A stretch of DNA of 64,000 bases from an uncultured Candidatus Saccharibacteria bacterium (GTDB lineage: Bacteria; Patescibacteriota; WWE3; UBA101185; UBA10185). Positions 1 through 9,366 of this stretch are shown here, one piece after another. The first letter of the stretch is position 1. Every line of letters starts with the position of its first letter. Under the pieces are notes generated by a model that was not told the origin of the DNA, searched no databases, and saw only the letters and a program-made list of their open reading frames with translations. The DNA is taken from contig CAYLVW010000004.1 of the NCBI GenBank assembly GCA_964387275.1, positions 10,525 to 74,524 of the forward strand, read 5' to 3'. The position numbers and the translations under genes are program-made.

Positions 1-3000
1 TACATTAGAACAGTAGTTGTTCCCCATTCATTTCCAAAGACAAAACCAAAAGCTTGTAATTATGGTTTACATATGGCAACAGGTGAGTATGTTGTTATAT
101 ATGATGCTGAAGATATTCCCCACCCTTCACAATTAAAGAAAGTTTATCTTGCATTTAAAGAGTTGCCGGAAAATACGGTTTGTGTTCAGGCAAAGCTCAA
201 TTATCACAACCCCTCGCATAATTTGTTGACGAGGCTGTTTACCGCTGAGTACAGTTTGTGGTTTGACGTAGTTCTTCCAGGCTTTCAATCAATTGATACA
301 GCTATACCACTTGGTGGTACCTCTAACCATTTTAAAACAGCTACACTTAGAAAGTTACACGGTTGGGATGCTTTTAATGTTACTGAGGACTGTGATCTTG
401 GGATAATTTTGTTTAGAGAGGGTTATAAAACTGCCATCATAGATTCAGTTACTTTAGAGGAAGCTAACAGTAATGTAAAAAACTGGATTAGGCAGCGATC
501 CAGGTGGATTAAAGGTTATATGCAAACTTATTTAGTTCATATGCGTAATCCAATCGAACTTTTCAGGCAATATGGATTACATGTGTTTGTACTGCATTTA
601 GTGGTTGGGGCCAGAATGTATTTTATGTTGATAAATCCTTTGCTCTGGATCATGACAGCCTCATACTTTATTTTTTACAAATATGTAGGGCCTACTATTG
701 AATCTTTTTATCCAACAATTGTTTTCTACATGGCTGCTTTTTCTCTAATTGTGGGTAATTTTGTTGCCTTGTATAACTACATGATAGGTTGTGCAAAGCG
801 GGGACACTGGGAGCTAATTAAATATGTATTTTTTGTTCCCTTTTACTGGATATTGGTGAGTATCAGCGCAGTAATGGCTGCTTATCAATTAATTGTTAAA
901 CCTCATTATTGGGAAAAAACTAATCATGGGCTACATCTTAAGAAAAAAGTAGGCCCTAATTTAGCTTTATTAAAACCAATGACTGTAGGACCGATGTCTA
1001 TTGTGATTAGACTAGCAACCAAGTTTAGGGACAGTATAGAGGCAGGTGGTTTAATTGCTGCTAGTATGATTTGTAATGTTCTAAATTATGCATTTAATAT
1101 TTATCTAACTAGAAAACTTTCAGTTGAGAACTTTGGGACATTAGCATTACTTAGTAGCTTCCTGCTTATTTTTAATATTGTTTGGGAGGCTTTTGAAAGA
1201 ACTGTTAGTTATGTTTTTGCAGTGAATTCTGACAAGTATAGTAAATCAAGTTTAGTTAATTTTTGGAAAGTGTGGAGGAACAGGGTTTTATTTGTAGGAA
1301 TTCCAATTGCAATATTGTGGGCTGTTTTTAGTAGTTACTTAAGCACAATTTTCCAATCAGATTCTATTCTGCCAATCTTAGTATTTGCCCCAATTTGGAC
1401 CTACGGACTTTTAAATAGTATTGATTATGGTTATCTCAACGGCAAGCTCAAATTTATCCGAATAGGTTTTGTACTACTCGCTGAAGCAGTATCCAAATTT
1501 GTAGCTTCTATTGTTTTTGTTGAAGCGGGTTACAAGGATTTGGTTTATCTATCTATACCAATTTCTTTGCTTTTTTCGGCAGTTGCTAGCTACTTTGCTG
1601 TTTTTGGTTTGGCTAAAATTGAGAAAAATGAATCTGATTCTAAGCCAATTAAAATTCATTTTCCTAAGAAATTTTTCTTAGGCACATTTGCTATAAAGTT
1701 TTCGACAATTGCCTATTTAAGTCTAGATTTAATAATCGCAAAGATCGTACTGTCTCCATATGATGCTGGAAGATACGCTTTAATATCTATTGTAGGAAAA
1801 ATTATTTACTACATGTCTTCATTATTCACGCAATTTATTCTACCGATGGTAGGAAAATCTATAGGTGAAGGTAAATCAGGTGTTAAAGCATTTTTGATAA
1901 TTACAGGTTTATCAACCGTTATGGGAGGTTTGGTTTATTCTGTTTTTGGTTTATTTGGTCATATAACCGCACCTCTACTTATCGGTCCCTCTATACTAGA
2001 TAGTGTGCACCTTCTAAATGTCTTTGGTTTGGGATTTTTAGCTTACAGTGTTGCGATGAATGTTTTCTCTTATTTTCAGGTGAAAAGTAAAAATATTTTT
2101 ACTGTCGCAAGTTTTATTTTAGCAACTATTCACGTATTAGTTTTAGTTTACTTTGGTACTACTTTCGAGAGGTTTGTGCTAGGTAATGCATATGTAGGTT
2201 TATTAAATCTAATAGTAGTTCTTATTTTAAAAGTAGTACTGGATCTATTACCTCCATTGATTAGTAACTTGTTTGATTTTATTGAGTTACTTTCAGGTAA
2301 GAATTCCTTGGATTTATCCAAAGGTAATCTAAAAATCTTGATTTTTAATTGGAGAGACATCAAACATGTTTGGGCTGGTGGAGCAGAAATGTACATACAC
2401 GAGTTATCCAAAGAACTTGTGGCTAGAAACCACAACGTTACTGTATTTTGCGGTAACGACGGTAAAAATCCTAAGTATGAGGTGATTGATGGTGTTCAGA
2501 TTGTCAGACGAGGGGGTTTTTATACGGTTTATGTTTGGGCAGTTTTGTACTATTTACTTAAGTTTAGAAACAAATTTGATATTATTATTGATTCAGAGAA
2601 TGGGATTCCATTTTTTACACCATTATTTGTAAAAAGACCGGTAGTTGGTTTGATACACCACGTACATCAGGACTTTTTTAAACATCATATAAACCACCCA
2701 GCGGCGAGAGTTGCTTCTTTTCTTGAAGGTAAAATAATGCCTGTTGTTTATAAAAAATCTAAAATGATTACAGTTTCAGCCTCCACAATGCAGGCAATGA
2801 TTGAAATTGGTTTTGATAAAGAAAGAAACGAAATAAGTATAGTAAAACCTGGAGTAAAGCTTGATGATGTAAAGAATATTTCAAAAACAAAACACCCGTC
2901 TATCCTCTACCTGGGTAGGTTAAAAGAGTACAAATCTATTGATGTTGCTATAAAAGCTTTTAAAGATGTTAAAGATCAATTTCAAGACGCGGTATTTAAT

Positions 3001-3438
3001 ATTGTAGGTGAAGGAGATAATCGTGAGAAATTGGAAAAAATATCACATGAACTTGGCCTACAAAACGATGTTAAGTTTTTAGGTAAAGTTAGTGATGATG
3101 AGAAATGGGATCTTTTATCAAAAAGCTGGTTAATGGTGCAGCCCTCTAGTAATGAGGGTTGGGGTATTACTGTAATAGAAGCCAATGCATCCGCCACCCC
3201 CGTTGTAGCGTCAAATGTAGGGGGTCTTAGGGATTCAGTCAGAAATCCCCACACGGGACTTCTTGTTAAGTACGGAGATCATCAAGAATTTGCAGATGCA
3301 ATGTTGTCAATCATTTCCGACAAAAAACTAAGAACAAAAATGTCTAAAGAATCTTTAGTTTGGGCGTCGCTACACACATGGAAAGCAAGTGCTGATCTTC
3401 TGGAAGAAGAGCTTCGAAAGGCAATAAATGGCAAATAA
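1..3438 (+). CDS. 5'-truncated multidomain polysaccharide synthase: processive family-2 glycosyltransferase (PgaC/BcsA/NodC-like) fused to a multi-TM Wzx/MOP-flippase-like domain and a C-terminal GT4 glycosyltransferase
   Basis: The reading frame is open from base 1, so the gene starts upstream of the window. GT2 motifs are present: DAEDIP (DxD), TEDCDLG (TED) and QRSRWIKG (QxxRW, the processive-synthase signature). A long hydrophobic region follows, with the Polysacc_synt-like segment LIAASMICNVLNYAFNIYLTRKLSVENFGT. The C-terminal GT4 part has KILIFNW...GGAEMY and the E-x7-E-like EGWGITVIEANASATPVVASNVGGLRDSV. Confidence 0.8.
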   Translation, partial: YIRTVVVPHSFPKTKPKACNYGLHMATGEYVVIYDAEDIPHPSQLKKVYLAFKELPENTVCVQAKLNYHNPSHNLLTRLFTAEYSLWFDVVLPGFQSIDTAIPLGGTSNHFKTATLRKLHGWDAFNVTEDCDLGIILFREGYKTAIIDSVTLEEANSNVKNWIRQRSRWIKGYMQTYLVHMRNPIELFRQYGLHVFVLHLVVGARMYFMLINPLLWIMTASYFIFYKYVGPTIESFYPTIVFYMAAFSLIVGNFVALYNYMIGCAKRGHWELIKYVFFVPFYWILVSISAVMAAYQLIVKPHYWEKTNHGLHLKKKVGPNLALLKPMTVGPMSIVIRLATKFRDSIEAGGLIAASMICNVLNYAFNIYLTRKLSVENFGTLALLSSFLLIFNIVWEAFERTVSYVFAVNSDKYSKSSLVNFWKVWRNRVLFVGIPIAILWAVFSSYLSTIFQSDSILPILVFAPIWTYGLLNSIDYGYLNGKLKFIRIGFVLLAEAVSKFVASIVFVEAGYKDLVYLSIPISLLFSAVASYFAVFGLAKIEKNESDSKPIKIHFPKKFFLGTFAIKFSTIAYLSLDLIIAKIVLSPYDAGRYALISIVGKIIYYMSSLFTQFILPMVGKSIGEGKSGVKAFLIITGLSTVMGGLVYSVFGLFGHITAPLLIGPSILDSVHLLNVFGLGFLAYSVAMNVFSYFQVKSKNIFTVASFILATIHVLVLVYFGTTFERFVLGNAYVGLLNLIVVLILKVVLDLLPPLISNLFDFIELLSGKNSLDLSKGNLKILIFNWRDIKHVWAGGAEMYIHELSKELVARNHNVTVFCGNDGKNPKYEVIDGVQIVRRGGFYTVYVWAVLYYLLKFRNKFDIIIDSENGIPFFTPLFVKRPVVGLIHHVHQDFFKHHINHPAARVASFLEGKIMPVVYKKSKMITVSASTMQAMIEIGFDKERNEISIVKPGVKLDDVKNISKTKHPSILYLGRLKEYKSIDVAIKAFKDVKDQFQDAVFNIVGEGDNREKLEKISHELGLQNDVKFLGKVSDDEKWDLLSKSWLMVQPSSNEGWGITVIEANASATPVVASNVGGLRDSVRNPHTGLLVKYGDHQEFADAMLSIISDKKLRTKMSKESLVWASLHTWKASADLLEEELRKAINGK

Positions 3439-4336
3439 TAACAAAATAATTATAGGAATACCTGCATGGAATGAAGAAGTAAATATTTCTTTCCTCCTTA
3501 CCGATTTACTCAAACAAGAAGTCAAATCTGGCGTTATCGAAAAGATTGTAGTTGTATCTGATGGCAGTAGTGATTCAACTGTAGAAAAAGTTTTGAGTTT
3601 AAGTTCTAGTCTGATAGATATTATAGATCATAAAGATAGAAAGGGTCAGGGTGCTAGGCAGAACGAGCTTTTAGAAAGATCTGATTACGATTGCTTAGTT
3701 CTTATAAATGCTGACATGAGAATTGTAGACACTGATTTTATTGAAAAGCTGTGTTATCCAGTACTTCTTGGTAGAGCAGATTTAACCTCATGCAGGTTAC
3801 AAGAAGGTAAGCCGAAGAATTTTTTTGAGAAAATATTGGGGTTTGGTAACGAATTTAAAAGAAGAGTTTTTGAATCTTACTTTGGCGGTGACAATTGGCA
3901 TAATTGCCGAGGGGGATCCAGAGCTTTTAGTGCAAAATTAGGAAGTAGGTTTAGATTTGGTAGAAGTGTTTCTGAGGATCTTTATTCTTATTTATACACT
4001 AAGTTTTATGGCTACAAGTTTGAGTATGTTACCGGTATCTCCTGTTATTATGCACTCCCGACCAACATAAAAGATCACATAAAGCAAAATAAGAGATATT
4101 ATGGATCTTCTGCCCTTTTTTATGAGGAGTTTGGCTATAAGTATGTTACATCTATAGTTTCCTGGCCTTTAATGAGAATGACTCATGTAATGTTAAAGAT
4201 GCTTGTTGAATCACCTATTATAGGTTTTTTCTACTGCCTTTTATCTCTTTACTGTATGATCATCTGTAGATTTTATAGCGATAGCTCTATTAATAACTGG
4301 GGGCATGTCACAAGCTCCAAGGAGGTTAGACTATGA
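3428..4336 (+). CDS. family-2 glycosyltransferase (GtrB/DPM1-like polyprenyl-phosphate sugar transferase type)
   Basis: N-terminus IIIGIPAWNEE...VVVSDGSSDST is a typical GT2 Rossmann start. It overlaps the upstream gene by 11 bp, suggesting translational coupling. Confidence 0.7.
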   Translation: MANNNKIIIGIPAWNEEVNISFLLTDLLKQEVKSGVIEKIVVVSDGSSDSTVEKVLSLSSSLIDIIDHKDRKGQGARQNELLERSDYDCLVLINADMRIVDTDFIEKLCYPVLLGRADLTSCRLQEGKPKNFFEKILGFGNEFKRRVFESYFGGDNWHNCRGGSRAFSAKLGSRFRFGRSVSEDLYSYLYTKFYGYKFEYVTGISCYYALPTNIKDHIKQNKRYYGSSALFYEEFGYKYVTSIVSWPLMRMTHVMLKMLVESPIIGFFYCLLSLYCMIICRFYSDSSINNWGHVTSSKEVRL

Positions 4337-5142
4337 TAGGTTTAATATTCGTAAAACTTCGTAAACTTCTTTATTTAGTTTTTTCCGGTATTGATTATTT
4401 GTTTAACAGAGAAACCAATAAAATAGTACTTTGCTACCACGCTGTTTCAGATTCAGGTTGGAGATACAGTACAAAATATGAAGACTTTACTAAACAAATT
4501 GAACTACTACTAAGAAAAGGCTACAAGCATGTTTCTCTCGCAGAAATTTTTACCTATGAGGGGAAATGTTTTCACTTAACTTTTGACGACGGATACAGAA
4601 GTTTACTCTCTGTGAGAGATTTTTTAAAATCCTTAAATATTAAGCCAAGTTTTTTTATATTAAGCTCCACCTCTGAGTATGACTTAAAAGGGCTTGGTGT
4701 AGAGATTAAGAACTATGAGGAGTTTTTAACAACCGAAGAGATACATTTGTTACTTTCTGATGGGTGGGTTTTAGGTTCTCATACCAAAACACATAAACTT
4801 CTTGGGGATTTGTCCAATGAAATCCTTGTGACGGAGATAGCTGAATCAAAAGTGCAGCTTGAGAGTAGATTTGGAGTTAAAGTAGAGGCCCTATCTTATC
4901 CTAGAGGTGTTTACGATGAAAGCGTTCTTGCACTTGCAAAAGACTCTGGTTATACTTACGGCCTTACAATGGATGATGGGAAAATTGACGGCTCCAAAAA
5001 GCTACAAATACCTAGGATCGGGATAGATTCTACCCATTCAGTTGCTGAAGTTTTATGGACTACTTGCCCGACCTCAATAGAGTTTAGGAAATTTGTAAAA
5101 GATAATTTATTTAGTATAGTTTTGAAAGGACTAACAAAATGA
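4333..5142 (+). CDS. polysaccharide deacetylase (CE4 / NodB-homology, PgaB/IcaB-like)
   Basis: HLTFDDGYRS (TFDDG motif) and GSHTKTHKLL (H-x4-H metal motif). ATGA start/stop overlap with the previous gene. Confidence 0.8.
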   Translation: MIGLIFVKLRKLLYLVFSGIDYLFNRETNKIVLCYHAVSDSGWRYSTKYEDFTKQIELLLRKGYKHVSLAEIFTYEGKCFHLTFDDGYRSLLSVRDFLKSLNIKPSFFILSSTSEYDLKGLGVEIKNYEEFLTTEEIHLLLSDGWVLGSHTKTHKLLGDLSNEILVTEIAESKVQLESRFGVKVEALSYPRGVYDESVLALAKDSGYTYGLTMDDGKIDGSKKLQIPRIGIDSTHSVAEVLWTTCPTSIEFRKFVKDNLFSIVLKGLTK

Positions 5143-5852
5143 AAACACTGTATATATTTTTTTATAACATTGCCCGTTTTGTGCAAAGAAAGCTTATGCG
5201 CACAATAAAACCATCTTCTTCTTATTACCTTGCTCCTATCATGCAAGTTGAACCAATAAGTACTAAGTATGGTTTTGATAGAGGAACACCAATAGATCGT
5301 TACTATATTGAAAATTTCATAAAAGCAAATAAAGACCTTATTAAGGGTGTGTGTCTTGAGATAACCGATACAGCTTACATAGATAAATATGGCGAGGGTA
5401 AAGTTACTAAGGCTGATGCTTTAGATATAAACAAGAATAATAAAATGGCTACTGTTTATGGAGATCTTAGAGATCTAAGTAATATTGATAGCAACTCTTA
5501 TGATTGTCTTATTATTACACAGACGTTTGTAATGATAGATGAGTATGAGGCGGCTCTTAGAGAATGTCACAGGATTTTAAAACCAGGTGGTTTTGCACTT
5601 GTAACTATGCCTTGTTTGGGACCTGTATGGAATATTGACAGTCACTACTGGAGGTGGACAAGGGCTTCTGCAGAGTATTTGTTTAGGAAGTATTTTCCTA
5701 ACGATTCATTAGAAGTTCAGACTTATGGCAACGCGTTTGCTGGGCAATGCTTTTGGGTAGGTATGGCGCTTGAAGAGGTTCCCACAGATAAGTTAAATGA
5801 GAATGATAAGTTTTTCCCAGTAATTGTTTCTGTGAAGGTAAGGAAAGCTTAA
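5139..5852 (+). CDS. class I SAM-dependent methyltransferase
   Basis: LEITDTAYIDKYG...DCLIITQTF...ILKPGGFALVTMP matches a Methyltransf_11/23-like pattern. Stop/start overlap with the previous gene. Confidence 0.6.
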   Translation: MKTLYIFFYNIARFVQRKLMRTIKPSSSYYLAPIMQVEPISTKYGFDRGTPIDRYYIENFIKANKDLIKGVCLEITDTAYIDKYGEGKVTKADALDINKNNKMATVYGDLRDLSNIDSNSYDCLIITQTFVMIDEYEAALRECHRILKPGGFALVTMPCLGPVWNIDSHYWRWTRASAEYLFRKYFPNDSLEVQTYGNAFAGQCFWVGMALEEVPTDKLNENDKFFPVIVSVKVRKA

Positions 5853-7027
5853 TGTCGTCAAAAAAAGTAGTACAAGTAATTGAAAAATACTTTATTCCTG
5901 TTACTGCGGGTATTGAAGTAAACATGCACGAAACTTATAAGGTTTTAGCAAGAGAAGGTTGGGATATAACTTTTCATACCTCAAAGGATACATTAACCGA
6001 AAGAAATGTCCTTCCAGATAATGAGGTTATCAGTAATATGTCAGTTAGAAGATATAAGTTTGGTCAGTTTGGGTATTTCCCTACACTTGACTGGGATAGA
6101 TCGGATTATGTTTGTCTGCACAACTTTAATATTTTTCCTCATTTTTTGATAATGGGTTACTCTTTATTACGAAAACTATTAGGAAAAAAACACTACAAAC
6201 TTATTTTAACTCCACATGGTGGTTTTACACCTGAATGGGCTGTATTTCCAGTTACTACAAGGATTATTAAGTATATATATCATTTCACCTTAGGCACAAC
6301 CCTAATAAATCTGATTGTTGATGGGGTTAGAGCTGTATCTGAATGGGAGAAAGCCCAAATAGTTTCTAAAGGCGTTAATAAAGATAAGATAGTAGTAATT
6401 GCAAATGGTTTGGAGGACGAGGCATTCACTGACGTTGATAATCTGGCAAGTAAATCTATTAAAGAGACTGTAGGTTCTTTGGGAAAATATATATTGCAAA
6501 TTGGTCGGGTATATCCAATCAAGAACTATGAAACAACGCTCAAAGCTTTAGTTAACGTTCTACCTGATGTGAAATATGTTATAGCGGGGCCAATTGAGCT
6601 GAATGCTCATGGCAAATACATGGATAAACTAAAACAAATGATTACCGACCTAGGTTTATCTGATAGGGTGGTTTTCTTAGGTGTAGTTAAGGGTGTTGAT
6701 AAATATTTTTTAATTAAACATGCACAGATGATGGTACATATGGCCTTGTGGGAAAGTTTTTGTAATGTTGTTCACGAAGGTTTAAGCCAAGGTCTTGTCT
6801 GTATTGTTGCAAATAATACCGCTCTTCCCTACCTGATAAAAAATGGTGTAAATGGTTACTTAATAAATACCTTTGACTCTAAATCTCTAGCAGATAAGAT
6901 AAATTTTGTTCTTAATGATACGAGTGGTGAAGTTACAAAAATACAGGAGTCGAATCGGAATTTGTGGTTAAAGCACAGCTGGATAGAAGTTGCCCATAAC
7001 ATGAAAAATTATTATTTAAGTTTATAA
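5852..7027 (+). CDS. GT4 (GT-B fold) glycosyltransferase
   Basis: Size and the C-terminal HEGLSQGLVCIVANNTALPYLIKNGVNGYLIN (GT1/GT4 donor-binding region). Start overlaps the preceding stop. Confidence 0.65.
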   Translation: MSSKKVVQVIEKYFIPVTAGIEVNMHETYKVLAREGWDITFHTSKDTLTERNVLPDNEVISNMSVRRYKFGQFGYFPTLDWDRSDYVCLHNFNIFPHFLIMGYSLLRKLLGKKHYKLILTPHGGFTPEWAVFPVTTRIIKYIYHFTLGTTLINLIVDGVRAVSEWEKAQIVSKGVNKDKIVVIANGLEDEAFTDVDNLASKSIKETVGSLGKYILQIGRVYPIKNYETTLKALVNVLPDVKYVIAGPIELNAHGKYMDKLKQMITDLGLSDRVVFLGVVKGVDKYFLIKHAQMMVHMALWESFCNVVHEGLSQGLVCIVANNTALPYLIKNGVNGYLINTFDSKSLADKINFVLNDTSGEVTKIQESNRNLWLKHSWIEVAHNMKNYYLSL

Positions 7028-7029
7028 TC

Positions 7030-7770
7030 ATGATTAAATCGCTCAAAAGGACCTTAGGTCTGATACTTTCTAATAAAGTTAACAAATCAGAAACATCAAA
7101 TGTTTCTGGTAAGGTGGTTGTGGTAACTGGGGGGTCTCGTGGTTTAGGGTTAGATTTATGTAACTTCCTGGTTATGGCTGGTGCTAAGGTCTATTACCTA
7201 TCTAGAAAAAATTCTGGTAGTAATAAGGCAGTGCACGTATCTACTGATATAACAAACCTGGAGGATATTCTAAAATCAGTGCAAAAAATCGAGAGTTTAG
7301 AGAAGTGCGTTGATGTGTTGATTAACAATGCTGCTGTTACTGAGTCCGGTGGGTTTGAAAATCTTGATATATTAAGCTTGGAAACAGCTCTTAGTACTAA
7401 TATTAAGGCACCAGTAGTTATTTCTTCAAAGTTTCTACCACTACTTAAGGAGTCACGGGCACCCTTAATTATTAATGTTGGTTCTAAGATTTCGAGAAAT
7501 CCAAATATTTCAGACAATAAGGTTATTTATGCAGTTACAAAATATTCGATGGAAGGTTTGAGTAATGCTTTACGTTCATCTCTTAGACAATATGGGATAA
7601 GAGTAGTATGTATACTTCCAGGTACAATTAATACCCAATTTTCTTTGAAGTCCGGAGATTTTATATCTTCAGGAGATGTATCTAGGGCCATTTCGTTTGT
7701 AATAGAAAACAGCAATATAGATTTTGAGAATTTTGTAGTTAAAGGTAAATTTCAGGAGAATGTAGGTTAA
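7030..7770 (+). CDS. short-chain dehydrogenase/reductase (SDR)
   Basis: VVVVTGGSRGLGLD (TGxxxGxG), NNAAV and YAVTKYSMEGL (YxxxK). Confidence 0.8.
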   Translation: MIKSLKRTLGLILSNKVNKSETSNVSGKVVVVTGGSRGLGLDLCNFLVMAGAKVYYLSRKNSGSNKAVHVSTDITNLEDILKSVQKIESLEKCVDVLINNAAVTESGGFENLDILSLETALSTNIKAPVVISSKFLPLLKESRAPLIINVGSKISRNPNISDNKVIYAVTKYSMEGLSNALRSSLRQYGIRVVCILPGTINTQFSLKSGDFISSGDVSRAISFVIENSNIDFENFVVKGKFQENVG

Positions 7771-7782
7771 TGGAGTACTTAT

Positions 7783-9366
7783 ATGAAATTTTCCCTAAAT
7801 AAGCCAAAATTTAATTTTAATCTCAAATACTTTAGAGCGGACGTATTTATTATTTTGTTGGTTATAGCGTTACTGGGTTTTTACACTAAAGGTTACTTGG
7901 AGAATCCTACAAGTGAGGACCTTGTGACACCAAAGTGGTCCACCCATGGTCCATTACAGCTTTCTCCCGATCGTGGTAGATTTGCTCTTTTATACTCTAT
8001 AGCAGAGGATAGATCATTTATTTTTTCTTTACCTATAGCAAGGCTAGCAACGCCAGATCTTGGGTATATCAACGGAAACTATGTATCATTATTTGCTCCA
8101 GGTGTTTCATTTGTTTTGATTCCAGGTTATTTAATTGGTAAAGCTTTAGGAGCTTCTCAAATCGGTGCGTTTGTTACTATAAGTATTTTTGCGGTCATGA
8201 ACTTCAGCTTGGTGTATGCTATTGCCAGAAATCTTGGTATTAAACGTGGTGTTTCCCTGTTTGGTTCTACTGTTTTTTTGTTTGCAACACCTGCATTTGC
8301 ATACAGTGTAAATTTATATCAGCACCATATTTCAACTTTTTTGATACTTTTGGCTTTGTACCTATTGATGAGGTCCCCTAACTTTTTTAGTTTATTTGGG
8401 ATCTTTGCCTTATGTGCATTATCTATACCAATTGATTATCCAAACTTGTTTATGATGGCTCCAATTGGTGTAGCCGCTGCCATAAAAGTATTTGTATTTA
8501 CAAAAGATCGCAAGGGTTTGACCATTGGTATAAATCTGTTAAAGACTCTTGGTTTTCTGGGGGTGTTGCCGGGTCTTTTATTCTTTTTTTGGTTTAACTA
8601 TCAATCTTATGGAAATATATTACAATTTTCAGGGACAGTCCCCTCTGTTAAGGAGATAGACACTTTAGGTAATCCTATAGCTCCTAAAGTATTAAATGAA
8701 GCTGAGGCTAAAGAGTTTAATAACCCTAATGAACAAGATAAAGATGCAGTAGGATTTTTCGATACCAGAGATATGCTAAACGGCCTTTACACCCATTTTA
8801 TAAGTCCAGATAGAGGAATTATTTACTACACACCTATTATGTTGTTGTCTGTTTTAGGTCTTTTTGTGGCAGCAAAGGAGAATAAGTATTGGGCGTTACT
8901 ACTTACTTCTGTACTTTGTTTAAATATAGTGCTTTATTCTATGTGGGGAGACCCTTGGGGAGGCTGGGCCTTTGGTTCCAGATATTTGATACCTGGGTAT
9001 GCAGTTGGTACTTTACTGCTTTTGTTTATTCTTAATAAGTATTACAACAAGATTTATTTGCTTTTTCCCCTATTTATACTCTTTTCTTACAGTGTTTATG
9101 TAAATTCATTAGGAGCTATTACATCTATAGCAAATCCTCCTCAACCTGAGGTATTAAGTTTGGAAGCGCAGACTGGTTTAATTCAAAAATATACCTTTGA
9201 AAGGAATTACGATGAGGTAGTAGCTAATTCAACCAATTCTGTGGTCTATAATTCATTTTTATTAGATATTGTTCCGTTAGCACTTTATAACAACGTACTT
9301 GTTGGCGTTATAGTAATGATGGGTTTAAGTGTTTTAGCTTTGGACTACAAAAAGGAGAATGTATGA
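7783..9366 (+). CDS. polytopic membrane glycosyltransferase, GT-C fold (ArnT/PMT/GT39-83-like)
   Basis: More than 10 predicted TM helices. The first extracytoplasmic loop holds acidic residues (SPDRGRFALLYSIAEDRSF) after TM1, as in lipid-linked-sugar GT-C enzymes. Confidence 0.55.
   Translation: MKFSLNKPKFNFNLKYFRADVFIILLVIALLGFYTKGYLENPTSEDLVTPKWSTHGPLQLSPDRGRFALLYSIAEDRSFIFSLPIARLATPDLGYINGNYVSLFAPGVSFVLIPGYLIGKALGASQIGAFVTISIFAVMNFSLVYAIARNLGIKRGVSLFGSTVFLFATPAFAYSVNLYQHHISTFLILLALYLLMRSPNFFSLFGIFALCALSIPIDYPNLFMMAPIGVAAAIKVFVFTKDRKGLTIGINLLKTLGFLGVLPGLLFFFWFNYQSYGNILQFSGTVPSVKEIDTLGNPIAPKVLNEAEAKEFNNPNEQDKDAVGFFDTRDMLNGLYTHFISPDRGIIYYTPIMLLSVLGLFVAAKENKYWALLLTSVLCLNIVLYSMWGDPWGGWAFGSRYLIPGYAVGTLLLLFILNKYYNKIYLLFPLFILFSYSVYVNSLGAITSIANPPQPEVLSLEAQTGLIQKYTFERNYDEVVANSTNSVVYNSFLLDIVPLALYNNVLVGVIVMMGLSVLALDYKKENV

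Noticed and set aside
2148-3254. Antisense ORFs 2148..2435 and 2982..3254 within the fusion synthase, and similar short antisense ORFs inside other well-supported genes (for example 4956..5246, 6280..6522, 7194..7715, 24527..25888, 32553..34205, 37197..38081, 52267..53652)
   Set aside because: Each is fully embedded in a gene with strong motif support on the other strand. Treated as spurious.
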